Part shown: positions 8,729-18,184 of the stretch, in pieces
Layout: each line of letters starts with the position of its first letter
Position numbering within the stretch: the stretch's first letter is position 1
Virus record (IMG/VR): IMGVR_UViG_3300013232_000047
Coordinates: 1-64,000 of that record
DNA length: 64,000 nucleotides
Origin: a virus
Strand: one strand, 5' to 3'
Made by a program: the position numbers and the translations under genes
The notes under the pieces: generated by a model
Databases searched by the model: none
The model's input: only the letters and a program-made list of their open reading frames with translations
What the model was told of the DNA's origin: nothing

Positions 8729-9996
8729 ATGCCCTTATTAAGAACCACGTTTCGTTATTTTCTTTGGCTGAAGAAGCTGTACTTCGTGAATTTCGTTTGA
8801 TCGACGCCGCAGGTAGGCTGGTTGAAGCGTATCTCGAACGTCCAGAAAATAAGCCTTTGGGCCACGGGTTTAAGCTGAATTTAGACGTTATTCAGCGTCT
8901 AAGTGCGGCAGACACTACGCCAGATAAAAGGTGGTTGCGCTGGATTTTCTTTCAAGCGGGGGGTGGCCAGCGTGCCAAGGACGCATCTACTAAAGCATTA
9001 GATCAGACTAGAGACAGGTTCATAGCTGAGCGCGTGAATGGATATGAGGACGCGGTTACAAAGACGGTATTTGAGCCCGTATCCAAGACAGAAGCTGAGT
9101 CCCGTTGGAATGCGCTAGAATCGCGCTGGAGTGACCAGCTGACTTCGGCAGATCAAGATGTGGTGGAGCACCTTCATGTTTTTGGGTACTATCGAGCGTG
9201 GCCGGGTAAGGATAAGCTTTACAGCCGCGTGGCTGATGCTGTGACAAAAATACTGAGTCTCTCGAAAGAGATTAAGCTCATGAACTTGGAGTGTGCGGAG
9301 ACTTCGGGTAAAAGTATAGCATCAGAACCAAGTGATTTTGCCACTATTGATGATCTGGAAGGTGCTGTTAAAGCTGTTGAACGCTACTTTGCCAGCAAAG
9401 GAGCTCGCGACGACATAAAGGTGGATTTTATTTATGAGGACGATAACGTGCGGGTGATCTGCCCGCTTACTTACGCAGCTTCTGTGCGCTACGGTTTTGA
9501 CAATTGGCCTTTCTCCAATCGAACGATATTTGAGGAAGTGCTCGAATCAGATAACAGTTTTCGTGATGCGTGGAAGTCTACAACTTCACGATCAGTGCTG
9601 GTATTCTGGTACTGGAAAGTGCCAATGCCGTCGTGGATTAGCCGCAAGAATAACGAATTTTGTCGTTACGAGCTGGTTAACTTGGCTATGGAGATGCCAC
9701 GCACACCCTCAGTTGGCTCTGAGCCTCAGTTTCATGACGAAGAACTGGCAACCAACCTGTCTTGTAATCAGCTGAAAGCAATGATATTGGATGAGCCAGT
9801 GCGTCTACCAGATCCGCAAGACGAAGAACTTCCGGTAAAACGTGGACCGAATGCCTACAGTAGCCAATACGAAGCTGACGTCAGGATACAGTCGCTTGGA
9901 AGAGCATTCGCGGCTATAAATTGTTGGTTTAATACGTTCGATCTTAAACGCATCAAGTCTGACGCGTTAGGTTTGGACGTAGTCGCAGCACCGTGA
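8722..9996 (+). CDS. hypothetical protein
   Basis: 424-aa ORF. Confidence 0.8.
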   Translation: MSNALIKNHVSLFSLAEEAVLREFRLIDAAGRLVEAYLERPENKPLGHGFKLNLDVIQRLSAADTTPDKRWLRWIFFQAGGGQRAKDASTKALDQTRDRFIAERVNGYEDAVTKTVFEPVSKTEAESRWNALESRWSDQLTSADQDVVEHLHVFGYYRAWPGKDKLYSRVADAVTKILSLSKEIKLMNLECAETSGKSIASEPSDFATIDDLEGAVKAVERYFASKGARDDIKVDFIYEDDNVRVICPLTYAASVRYGFDNWPFSNRTIFEEVLESDNSFRDAWKSTTSRSVLVFWYWKVPMPSWISRKNNEFCRYELVNLAMEMPRTPSVGSEPQFHDEELATNLSCNQLKAMILDEPVRLPDPQDEELPVKRGPNAYSSQYEADVRIQSLGRAFAAINCWFNTFDLKRIKSDALGLDVVAAP

Positions 9997-10704
9997 TCAA
10001 GCAGACCGTTGAACCACGTTGCGGATGATCACACGTAACCCGGCAGCTACTGACAGATCCAGAACGCTTTTCAGGTTGTCTGTGACCAGCGCAGCAAAAG
10101 CGCAACCAAAGCAGCGATGGATGTCGCCGGGGCAGTAGGCGGAGGTCAGTGGCACAAGTGAGAAGTAGCTCTTGCCACTGGCGAATTGGGCGGTAGGTCC
10201 CCATTTGTATACGTCTACACCCACGGAGTCACCGAAGGAAACGTTGTTAGCCAGAAGCGCGTTAGAGAAATGTATGCCTACAAGACGATCAGCAGAGTGA
10301 CCTCTATTCGGGTAGGTCTGAATCAATTCTGCATACGATTTGCATTTGGAGCGCGTATTACTGTCCTTGATTGCACTGGCGAATTGTTCGACTTGCTCTG
10401 AGTCAGGGGCAATCAGTTTTTTCTCCCAGATGGATTCAGCTCGTTCACCTCCGCGAGCGTGTATGAGCAAACCGAATTCCCGCAGCACAGCCTTGCTAGC
10501 TTTGGGGTTGCCGAGCAGAGAGGGGTAAAGTCGTATAAGGGGATCTTTGGTCGCGCTAAGTTCGATCTCCGTGTCGAGCACCTGCTTGTCGAATGGCTGC
10601 CATTCAATGGACTCCCACATGCTCTTAACGTGCTGTTGTTTACCTAGCTCATGGGCAAGCAAATAGCTGCCAGCTTGTTTTACGATTTGTTGAAAAGTAG
10701 GCAT
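9997..10704 (-). CDS. hypothetical protein
   Basis: 235-aa ORF at end of minus-strand operon. Confidence 0.75.
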   Translation of the reverse strand: MPTFQQIVKQAGSYLLAHELGKQQHVKSMWESIEWQPFDKQVLDTEIELSATKDPLIRLYPSLLGNPKASKAVLREFGLLIHARGGERAESIWEKKLIAPDSEQVEQFASAIKDSNTRSKCKSYAELIQTYPNRGHSADRLVGIHFSNALLANNVSFGDSVGVDVYKWGPTAQFASGKSYFSLVPLTSAYCPGDIHRCFGCAFAALVTDNLKSVLDLSVAAGLRVIIRNVVQRSA

Positions 10705-10707
10705 ATT

Positions 10708-11751
10708 TTAATGTGTTCTGACGGCTACAGCTCCGCTGCGGAGATCGGTGGAACTGCCATCGTAATAGCTGGCGAAGTGTTGCCAGCCGTCGGTTGCTAT
10801 GGCATTATCGGCAGCGGCGTTTATGTTGATGCCAACGGCTTCGGCGGCTTGTTTCAAGGCTTCTTCCTCACCATAGACGTCCCTAAGCCATTCCATAGGG
10901 TCAAATTCAGCAATTTTTTTCTCTCTGAACGCTTCTTGCCCGGCTTCTAGTAAATCCTCGTTTGGAACAAAATTATCAGAGTCATCGTAAAAGTCCTCTC
11001 TGTTAAGGATGCCCTGTCTAATAAGGTAATCAACTTGCTCCTGTTCGTCCATTTCTGTCAGAAACTCAATGTCACCTGCTATATCTCTAAAGTGCTCCTT
11101 GAGAGCGTCCCTGTTGATGAAACGTAGAAGCCAGTCTTGATTGAACGATCCCGGATCAGTTTGGAGCTGGTCGCGAACAACGTCCAGCGTTTCGGCTCGG
11201 GCTGCATCTTCGGATCTCCAAAGTGTCCATTCAGTGCCATCATCGCCTTCCAACTCAACTTTAATTACGCTATCTGGATCATCTAGAAAAGCTCTGGAGC
11301 GTGGAGCGACGCTGAATTGCGTGTCTTGATCATCACCCAGCTCGGCCATGGCCGCGTGAATCCAGCTGTCGTGGGGTGTTGACAGGATGTAATCACGAGC
11401 GTCAAATTCTTCGCCGGGAGGTGTTGGGATCAGCTCATCAGCTTCGTTTGTGATGCGAGAAAGACCCTTGCCCGGCTTACCTCGATTCTTGGGTGAGTCA
11501 ACCTCTTTGACCATCTTTTTGATTTTATTGATAGTCTCTACGTTGCAGCGATCACACAGGCGCTTACGGTGTGCTTCACGCATGTTTTTGTAAGAGCCGT
11601 GAACATGCGAGCACTTGGGACACTTCATGTAAAACTCTATGTCCGGGTACTTTGAACAGTCTGCGTAAATGCCTGTGGTGTTCGTCCAGTTTGGTGCTGG
11701 GCGCTTTTTCTCGTGAAGATCATGAATGATTTCAAGGGCGGTCATGGCCAT
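10708..11751 (-). CDS. acidic putative virion (head) protein with Zn-finger
   Basis: CPKC..H..H..CDRC; EEFDARDYIL motif shared with other ORFs. Confidence 0.7.
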   Translation of the reverse strand: MAMTALEIIHDLHEKKRPAPNWTNTTGIYADCSKYPDIEFYMKCPKCSHVHGSYKNMREAHRKRLCDRCNVETINKIKKMVKEVDSPKNRGKPGKGLSRITNEADELIPTPPGEEFDARDYILSTPHDSWIHAAMAELGDDQDTQFSVAPRSRAFLDDPDSVIKVELEGDDGTEWTLWRSEDAARAETLDVVRDQLQTDPGSFNQDWLLRFINRDALKEHFRDIAGDIEFLTEMDEQEQVDYLIRQGILNREDFYDDSDNFVPNEDLLEAGQEAFREKKIAEFDPMEWLRDVYGEEEALKQAAEAVGININAAADNAIATDGWQHFASYYDGSSTDLRSGAVAVRTH

Positions 11752-12410
11752 CCATGTGCAGCGAGTCTGTGACTGCGCTTGCGCTCTTTAGGCTCGGCTT
11801 GGTGGTGCAAGGTTCCGTCTGGCGCAATTGAGTCACCATCGGTGAAAGGAATGTACCAACCACTATCGTAAGTTCCGGCATTGGTTGCCCGGTTATACCA
11901 GAACATTTTGCCGATTCCGCCGCGAATGGGCTGTCCGCCTCTGGGCGTTTCCCACCAAAGTTCAGGGGTTTCCTCTCCGTGCTTTTTGAACGGTTCGGTA
12001 TAGATTGCCCAACCAGCAGGTATCCACGCGTCTATGCGATCGCGGGTGGTTCTGGTGGGCCAACCGCCAGTATTGAAAGTGGCAGTGCCATCAGGCGAGT
12101 AAGTTACGATGTTCGTCTGATGTAGGCGGACATGAATTGCACCGTTATCGCCGCGAAGCAGGTAGGTGTTGTTGTCGATTTTAAGTCTGGGACGCCGTGT
12201 TAACTGTGCGCTCATCTGTTGATAGCGCTGCAAGCCAGTGCCTCTAGAGCTGCGAGCTTGAAAGGGTTCTGGAGCCTTATTCAGTCGGAGAAAAAGATCA
12301 CGAATGTCCTCGTCTTCCTCTTTGTCAGAGGAAGACTGTTTTGGCTGCTCTGGTGTTATAGGTGGATCATCTTCTAGCAGCCGGTCTACAATTAGCTGGA
12401 CTTTGTTCAT
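11742..12410 (-). CDS. putative virion (head) protein
   Basis: N-terminal VQLIVDRLLED motif. Confidence 0.7.
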   Translation of the reverse strand: MNKVQLIVDRLLEDDPPITPEQPKQSSSDKEEDEDIRDLFLRLNKAPEPFQARSSRGTGLQRYQQMSAQLTRRPRLKIDNNTYLLRGDNGAIHVRLHQTNIVTYSPDGTATFNTGGWPTRTTRDRIDAWIPAGWAIYTEPFKKHGEETPELWWETPRGGQPIRGGIGKMFWYNRATNAGTYDSGWYIPFTDGDSIAPDGTLHHQAEPKERKRSHRLAAHGWP

Positions 12411-13087
12411 GCAGCTCCGCCAACAAGTTTGACCTCATTTTCTGGGAACTCACGTTCAGTGTTGCCGAAAGCGACTGTAACCATGCCGTTGGCAGACTTG
12501 GTGACTTTACCCGTGTAAGTCTGACTTTCTGCTGGATTTGCGCCGCCGGGCATGACCATTACGTTGTCGCCGATACCAGCTCTACCGGTTGTAGGTGAAA
12601 GATTGGCGTTGGGCGCGGATGGCGGGCGTGTGGAAGCTGCGGCAGCTGCGGCTGGTGGAGCCGTAGGTGGCACAGCTGGGCGGCCTGTGGGTGTCGCAGG
12701 TGGTGGCACTCGTAAAGACGAGCCACTGTCATGCCCAGTGCCGGGAGAAAGCAATTCACTGATATTGCGATCAGAGTGGTTCATAGCGAACTGGTGCGAG
12801 GCGTTGGGGCGGTCCCATGATTTGGTCCACTCTTCTTTTCCCTCTATCACGTCCTTTTTAGTCGTGTTCTCTTGTTCGGCTAATTCACGCATCTCGTTCA
12901 CTTTGTTTTGGTCTTGCGACACGAGCAAAAAGCCGGTATCTGGGTCGGGCACCAACCAGCGGCGTTGCAGAGCTTCTTGCAAGCCTTCAGATTCGAGCGC
13001 GGCCAGCATTTCACCCTGCATGACGACGGGGTTCATTGCGTTCCGCCGGTTCAATAAAACTTGGGCGATATCTTGCGCTGATTTCAT
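12407..13087 (-). CDS. putative virion protein, Pro/Ala linker and C-terminal SH3/KOW-like domain
   Basis: 226-aa ORF; GIGDNVMV...YTGKVTK..VTVAF. Confidence 0.7.
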   Translation of the reverse strand: MKSAQDIAQVLLNRRNAMNPVVMQGEMLAALESEGLQEALQRRWLVPDPDTGFLLVSQDQNKVNEMRELAEQENTTKKDVIEGKEEWTKSWDRPNASHQFAMNHSDRNISELLSPGTGHDSGSSLRVPPPATPTGRPAVPPTAPPAAAAAASTRPPSAPNANLSPTTGRAGIGDNVMVMPGGANPAESQTYTGKVTKSANGMVTVAFGNTEREFPENEVKLVGGAA

Positions 13088-13114
13088 ATTCGTTTTTATC
13101 TATTGGTTGATGAC

Positions 13115-13759
13115 TTAAATTCGTTCACTTCTGGGACGTTTATTGCCTTCGCCGGGTGCTTCGCCCGGAAGTTCTTCTCCCGGAGTGCCTGCTTCTTCCG
13201 GAGTAGCTCCTTCTGGACCACCCGGTTCACCACCCTCGGTTCCCGGAGGTGGCACGCCTTCTGGACCACCCGGTGGCACTTCTTCTCCACCCGGCGGGGG
13301 TTCTTCTTCTGCTCCGAAAGCAGGTGACATAGGCGGAGCACCGCCACCACCGCCACCTCCAGCAAAGGGATCGTTTTGATTCATGTCTACTCCGCGAGGC
13401 AGTTCTTCCTCGGAAGCGAGTAGGACACGAAGTTGATCACGCAGGCTGGAAAAGTAGCTGGCCATGTTCCACGTGTCTACAGAAAGCATGTCTGCTGCAG
13501 ATTTAAGGACTTCCAGTGTTTCACGATTTATGGAGCCGTTGATTTCGTTGGAACGCCATATTTTAAGGAATTCTCGAAGCTTGTCTGCGTACGGAAAATT
13601 GCGGCCCTTCTCTGCATCCGCCAACGCGTTTATCAGCTGGCGTTCAATTTTCCCATGCCACTGGACAATGGAAGTGCCTGAATACGTTTCACATATGTCT
13701 GGCTCCCGATTGTGAAATCGGATGTAACCCATGCTTTCGTAATCGTGGACAGTGTTCAT
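13115..13759 (-). CDS. hypothetical protein with Gly/Pro/Glu-rich C-terminus
   Basis: 214-aa ORF, coupled to neighbours. Confidence 0.7.
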   Translation of the reverse strand: MNTVHDYESMGYIRFHNREPDICETYSGTSIVQWHGKIERQLINALADAEKGRNFPYADKLREFLKIWRSNEINGSINRETLEVLKSAADMLSVDTWNMASYFSSLRDQLRVLLASEEELPRGVDMNQNDPFAGGGGGGGAPPMSPAFGAEEEPPPGGEEVPPGGPEGVPPPGTEGGEPGGPEGATPEEAGTPGEELPGEAPGEGNKRPRSERI

Positions 13760-14079
13760 TCAAAATTGGGAGTGGTAGACCACTCATCTGCGTTGCGGTT
13801 GTCGATATAAAAGGAGTCGTACATACCAAACTTCACTGGGACACGAAACTTTTCTGGCTGGCGAACCCAGCGCTTGGTAGCACCCATTTTCCGAACTTCG
13901 ATTGGACGGTCGCTACGTGCATATTTTTTCGTGCGATGATAAAACGTGTCCGCTGTCATCGCCGTATCAGCGTCAACAATTCCGCGCTTTGTAGGCTGAG
14001 ACAGGATGTACTCGCGAGCATCAAATTCCTCGCCTTCATCCTCCAGCAGCTTACTAACTATTTGCTGGACTGACTCCAT
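13756..14079 (-). CDS. putative virion (head) protein
   Basis: MESVQQIVSKLLEDEGEEFDAREYIL. Confidence 0.7.
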   Translation of the reverse strand: MESVQQIVSKLLEDEGEEFDAREYILSQPTKRGIVDADTAMTADTFYHRTKKYARSDRPIEVRKMGATKRWVRQPEKFRVPVKFGMYDSFYIDNRNADEWSTTPNFE

Positions 14080-14830
14080 TAGGTTTTACGGGTGGTTTAA
14101 CGCGCCGACGTGGCAATGCCCGGCTGCGAGGTGAATTTATGCTCATCGGATTACCACCAGACGGAAATGCAGGTACTGAGCCTGTTCCAGTCATTTCCAA
14201 TAAATCGTCTACAAGTGCTTTGGGTGACTTTGATTCTTTAACCTTTGCAGCAGTGCCTTTAGGTTTACCTTCAGGATCTTTGCCATCGGTAGCTTTACCG
14301 ATGCCAGTCTGCTTTTCACCCATGTCTGGATCTTCAAGTTCGATGGGATTCTCGTCTTTTTTGCTACGCTTAAATTCTGTGGCTGCGTCTTTTTGAGCAT
14401 CCTTTCGGATCTTCTCCATGTCTTTAGGCTTGTCGCCGTCTGTAGTTTCGGTGGTTTGGATTTCAATGAAGCTTATCTTGTAGTCGGGCTTTTCATTGGC
14501 CATCGCACTATCTCCACCTTTTGCCACAACCCAGCCCATCTCCGCTAGCTTAGTAATGGCGTCGGCGTCTGCTAGCTTTCGGCAGAAACAGTGGTACGTG
14601 GCGTCGTCGCTGCAATGAATCTCACAACATTGCGTTCCAGCTACTACCGGTTCGTCGATGCCAAGGGCTTTGAGCGCGTCGGCTAACGGTTTCTTGTTGG
14701 CGACCATTTCTTCGCATTCAGCTTCATCAGCTTCCTCGAATAGTCGCACAATTTGTTCGCCGAGGTCGTGACCTTTGGTCTCACGTACCACAGTTTCGCC
14801 AAATAGGAACTCCAGTAGGTTCGTTCGCAT
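14054..14830 (-). CDS. putative virion (head) protein
   Basis: 258-aa acidic ORF; ESKSPKALVDDLLE motif. Confidence 0.7.
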   Translation of the reverse strand: MRTNLLEFLFGETVVRETKGHDLGEQIVRLFEEADEAECEEMVANKKPLADALKALGIDEPVVAGTQCCEIHCSDDATYHCFCRKLADADAITKLAEMGWVVAKGGDSAMANEKPDYKISFIEIQTTETTDGDKPKDMEKIRKDAQKDAATEFKRSKKDENPIELEDPDMGEKQTGIGKATDGKDPEGKPKGTAAKVKESKSPKALVDDLLEMTGTGSVPAFPSGGNPMSINSPRSRALPRRRVKPPVKPNGVSPANS

Positions 14831-14891
14831 ATACTTTCAATACTAATTACGAGCGCTGAAGACCTGACCGAATGAATGGCGTTGTATACAC

Positions 14892-15395
14892 TTACCCTAA
14901 GATTAGCTGCTTGTCTTTGGCAGCGGCAACTATGAGCTGGGTCTCTATGACATTCGCCAGATCAGGCGACTGCCAGCCGGGTGGTTTCATCCATTTTCCA
15001 TCGGCGCGTTTGTAGCTTCCGGGACCAAATTTGGCCATATTGCTGCGGTGAACTTCCTCCCAACCTGATTCCAAATCAGTACCCATGGCTATCCCGGTGC
15101 CTACGGTGAACACCATTAGGTCCAGTACGGCGTCGTAAGCTTCTACTAACGCTTCTCGGGAATGTTCGGGAAAAAAGGGTCGTTTAGAAGGTTCAGCCAT
15201 GAAGTTGTTAGTGCTGCCTCCACGGTTGTTTACGTCTATTTCAAGGCCGAAGGCATTAGCCAGTTCGCACAGTTCTTCGGCCAGCCATTTGAGCCGACCG
15301 ACGCGAACTGACATGTTGGGCATGGTAGGCCGGTCAGGCACGTGCTGTTCGGCTTTGACCATGAATTCGTGTATTTGAGCTTGTTCTTTATGCAT
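14892..15395 (-). CDS. MazG-like NTP pyrophosphohydrolase (PRA-PH-like family)
   Basis: LAEELCEL, DAVLDL, EVHRSNMAK, GKWMKPPGW. Confidence 0.85.
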   Translation of the reverse strand: MHKEQAQIHEFMVKAEQHVPDRPTMPNMSVRVGRLKWLAEELCELANAFGLEIDVNNRGGSTNNFMAEPSKRPFFPEHSREALVEAYDAVLDLMVFTVGTGIAMGTDLESGWEEVHRSNMAKFGPGSYKRADGKWMKPPGWQSPDLANVIETQLIVAAAKDKQLILG

Positions 15396-15404
15396 ATTGT
15401 TTAT

Positions 15405-17126
15405 TTACTTTATGTGCCATACGAAACTATCTTCGAACCATTTAGGGAAGAACTGTAAATTATCCTCGTTGTAGAGTCGGTAGAAATCTCGGTCTAAAAT
15501 GTAGGTGTCTCCGTAGTCCGTGTCGCTGCGAACGATGCGGCCACACGCCTGTATGATCGTCATAACAGTCTGAAGCGTGTACCACTCAGGATCTAAGTTT
15601 TTCTTGGCCGCCACTTGTTTATCGCCGAGATAAGGGAAAGGAATTTTTGCTATTATCTGAAAGCGTGCGAGTTCGTCGTCTAAGCTGAAACCTTCTGTCA
15701 TGGACGGACTCAGTAAAACTGTAGGTTCTGTGGACAGACGGTGTTGCTTAAACATCTCGTTGCGGTTTTTAGCTAGGGCTGGAAAAAGCACTCGTGGTGC
15801 GTGCTCTGTGGTCGCCAAGCGGTCATTTATGGCCCGGCCCAAGCTGTAGCTGTGGCAGTGAATCAGCCCTTTCTTGTTGGCATGCTTTTTCAGAATTCGT
15901 TCGATTGTAGACAGCAGCCTCGGCAATGTTTCACTGTAACTTTTGCGACCCATTGACCCCAGCATGGCCATGTGGACTGGGCGGTGGGAAATAGGGAACG
16001 GGCTGCTGAAATTTTTCCAAGCGACTTTACTCGGGTCAAGGCCCAGTGAACGGCAAAAGCTATTTTTTGGGCCGGGGTAGGCTGAAAGATAAATGCGCAG
16101 TGGGGCTGTGCTGCCGATGTACTCCTTGAAATAGGGCGCGGCGCTGAGCGGCTTGAGCATATAATCGTAGCCCTCTGGGTGCTCTGGGTTACCAACAGGT
16201 TCTGACCAAAACACCCAGTTTTCTGGTTCCCTTGGCACCACAACGTAGATGCGCTTTATTTTGTTTTGAACTCTTTCTAATTCATCCATCATTCGCTCAT
16301 ATTTGCCATGTCCTGTTGTGTCAAATTGTTCCTTAGCAGAAGTCCAAGCGTAATCCACGGAAGGTTCATATTCACGCTTCAACCAGCTTAGAAATTCGGT
16401 TGCATTCTCAAGGCTTACATTGGACACATCGAGTGAGTACTTGTGGATGTCGTCGCTGGTAATCACAAGTTCTTCGGCCTGCAGCAGCAGTTTTTCTAGT
16501 GAGTGGCACTCATCGCAGATAAGGACATTTTTGGTAGGAAACTGGTCTACAAACTTTTTCTCTGTGAGCCAGTAAGCATAGTTGGTTACTCCAATAGGCC
16601 GTGTAATAAACTCTTGTTTGTGCCAGTCGTAAGGGCACTCAGGTATTTCGCGTCGTTTCCAACCACTGTCCTTTTCAGTGTCTTTTTCTACCAGTGCGTT
16701 GCATGGTGGTTGGACGGGACATCCATTTTCAAACCAGTCATTAGTGAGCTTGTGTCCTTTGGCGCAGTTTAGGCATCCTCCGCAGGGATATTCAGAAGCG
16801 GTTTTCAGGGTAATTCCAGTATGGGCGAAGCAGGAAGCAAATCTGTCAAAGTCAGCGGTGATCTGATCTTGAAGAAGTTTCTGAGTGACAAGGTAGTAGC
16901 CGCCCGGTACACCGCCTAATTCAGCAGATACTGAGGTAGTTGCCGACCAAAGACAAGCGGCTAGCCCAACGCCAGTTTTACCGACTCCCGTCGGTGCGGA
17001 TACCACAATGTCACGATACCCTGCGTTAACCATGCGAAAGATGAAGTCCATGGCTGCTACCTGTTTTTCACGCGGCGCACTTGGTAGCGGAAAGAATGGC
17101 GTTAAAGTTTCTTGTATGTCAGGCAC
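15405..17126 (-). CDS. DinG/Rad3(XPD)-family SF2 helicase
   Basis: SAPTGVGKT, DECH, Fe-S Cys, QACGRIVRS..DYG helicase C2 motif. Confidence 0.9.
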   Translation of the reverse strand: MPDIQETLTPFFPLPSAPREKQVAAMDFIFRMVNAGYRDIVVSAPTGVGKTGVGLAACLWSATTSVSAELGGVPGGYYLVTQKLLQDQITADFDRFASCFAHTGITLKTASEYPCGGCLNCAKGHKLTNDWFENGCPVQPPCNALVEKDTEKDSGWKRREIPECPYDWHKQEFITRPIGVTNYAYWLTEKKFVDQFPTKNVLICDECHSLEKLLLQAEELVITSDDIHKYSLDVSNVSLENATEFLSWLKREYEPSVDYAWTSAKEQFDTTGHGKYERMMDELERVQNKIKRIYVVVPREPENWVFWSEPVGNPEHPEGYDYMLKPLSAAPYFKEYIGSTAPLRIYLSAYPGPKNSFCRSLGLDPSKVAWKNFSSPFPISHRPVHMAMLGSMGRKSYSETLPRLLSTIERILKKHANKKGLIHCHSYSLGRAINDRLATTEHAPRVLFPALAKNRNEMFKQHRLSTEPTVLLSPSMTEGFSLDDELARFQIIAKIPFPYLGDKQVAAKKNLDPEWYTLQTVMTIIQACGRIVRSDTDYGDTYILDRDFYRLYNEDNLQFFPKWFEDSFVWHIK

Positions 17127-17188
17127 GCTGTAAAAGAACGTAGTGTGCGCAAAATTGTATGCACTCTGATCCGTGGTGTAGTTAAAAT

Positions 17189-17587
17189 ATGAATTTCATA
17201 TATCCTTCTGCCAAGGACCTGATGATGACGAAGCAGCTGGACTTGCTTAGTGCTCCTGTTTTAGGTGTACTTGTGAGTGTAGGCTACACAGCTTCGCCTA
17301 ATCACGCTACTTTGGCAGACATTCCGGTGGTTACCCGAGTGGCATTTACCGGAACGCTGGAGAATAGATCGGTATCGAGCGGAATTTTTAATGCATACCC
17401 TGCTACGGCGTCGCAGGTGTACGGCGACGATGTTACGGCTATAGTGCTCGTAAGCTACAGCGGTACAGATACCAGCTCGCCTTTAATCGCTTTTCTGGAC
17501 CAGAGCCCGAATTTGCCTGCCAACCCTACAGGTGGCAATTTGATTTTCAATTGGGATACGTCTACCTACAAAATTTTTGCTATTTGA
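17189..17587 (+). CDS. putative virion structural protein
   Basis: 132-aa beta-rich ORF upstream of baseplate gene; GTAGTTAA motif. Confidence 0.6.
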   Translation: MNFIYPSAKDLMMTKQLDLLSAPVLGVLVSVGYTASPNHATLADIPVVTRVAFTGTLENRSVSSGIFNAYPATASQVYGDDVTAIVLVSYSGTDTSSPLIAFLDQSPNLPANPTGGNLIFNWDTSTYKIFAI

Positions 17588-17598
17588 CTTAGTTCTTA

Positions 17599-17859
17599 AT
17601 GGTCATGCATAACGTTTCGTTGGAAAAGCAAATCGCCATTATAAGGCAGCAAAAGGATAGCTTTTTAAGATTAAGCGATAAGGATGTAAAGTCTGACCGA
17701 GCAACAGAGCAAGACCTGTTTGCTATGCTAGCTGCTATTAGAACACTTGATCGGTTGTTGGCTTTGAGACAACATCTTCAGAATGCTGATAATGCCGACG
17801 AAGCAGCACAAAGCAGGATGGTTAAAGAGTTGCTGACCCTTCTGGATCTTCCAGCGTAG
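17599..17859 (+). CDS. hypothetical protein
   Basis: 86-aa helical ORF. Confidence 0.6.
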   Translation: MVMHNVSLEKQIAIIRQQKDSFLRLSDKDVKSDRATEQDLFAMLAAIRTLDRLLALRQHLQNADNADEAAQSRMVKELLTLLDLPA

Positions 17860-17866
17860 TTAAGGC

Positions 17867-18184
17867 GTGAACGCACAACAAACGGTCGATCGCTTGTTAG
17901 AGGCTGATGAGTTTAACGCTCGCGAGTACTTTGAAAAGACGCCTCATGAGGAATTTGATGAGGCAGCAGAAGACATTCTTCGGAATGCTCGACAACTATA
18001 CGCCATGCTTAAGCGTGAGAATATTATAGGTGTGGCCAAAGAGCAGCAGCGTGGATCAAGTGCTACCCCAGATGATCGTGATGTAGCACAGGCGGTACTT
18101 CAACTGGCTTTGGAGAAGCGAGGTGCGCCCGGCGCTCGTCGCATGTACCTTCGCATTAAACGTTACGGTCGCTACATCATATGA
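17867..18184 (+). CDS. putative virion (head) protein
   Basis: MNAQQTVDRLLEADEFNAREYF motif. Confidence 0.7.
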   Translation: MNAQQTVDRLLEADEFNAREYFEKTPHEEFDEAAEDILRNARQLYAMLKRENIIGVAKEQQRGSSATPDDRDVAQAVLQLALEKRGAPGARRMYLRIKRYGRYII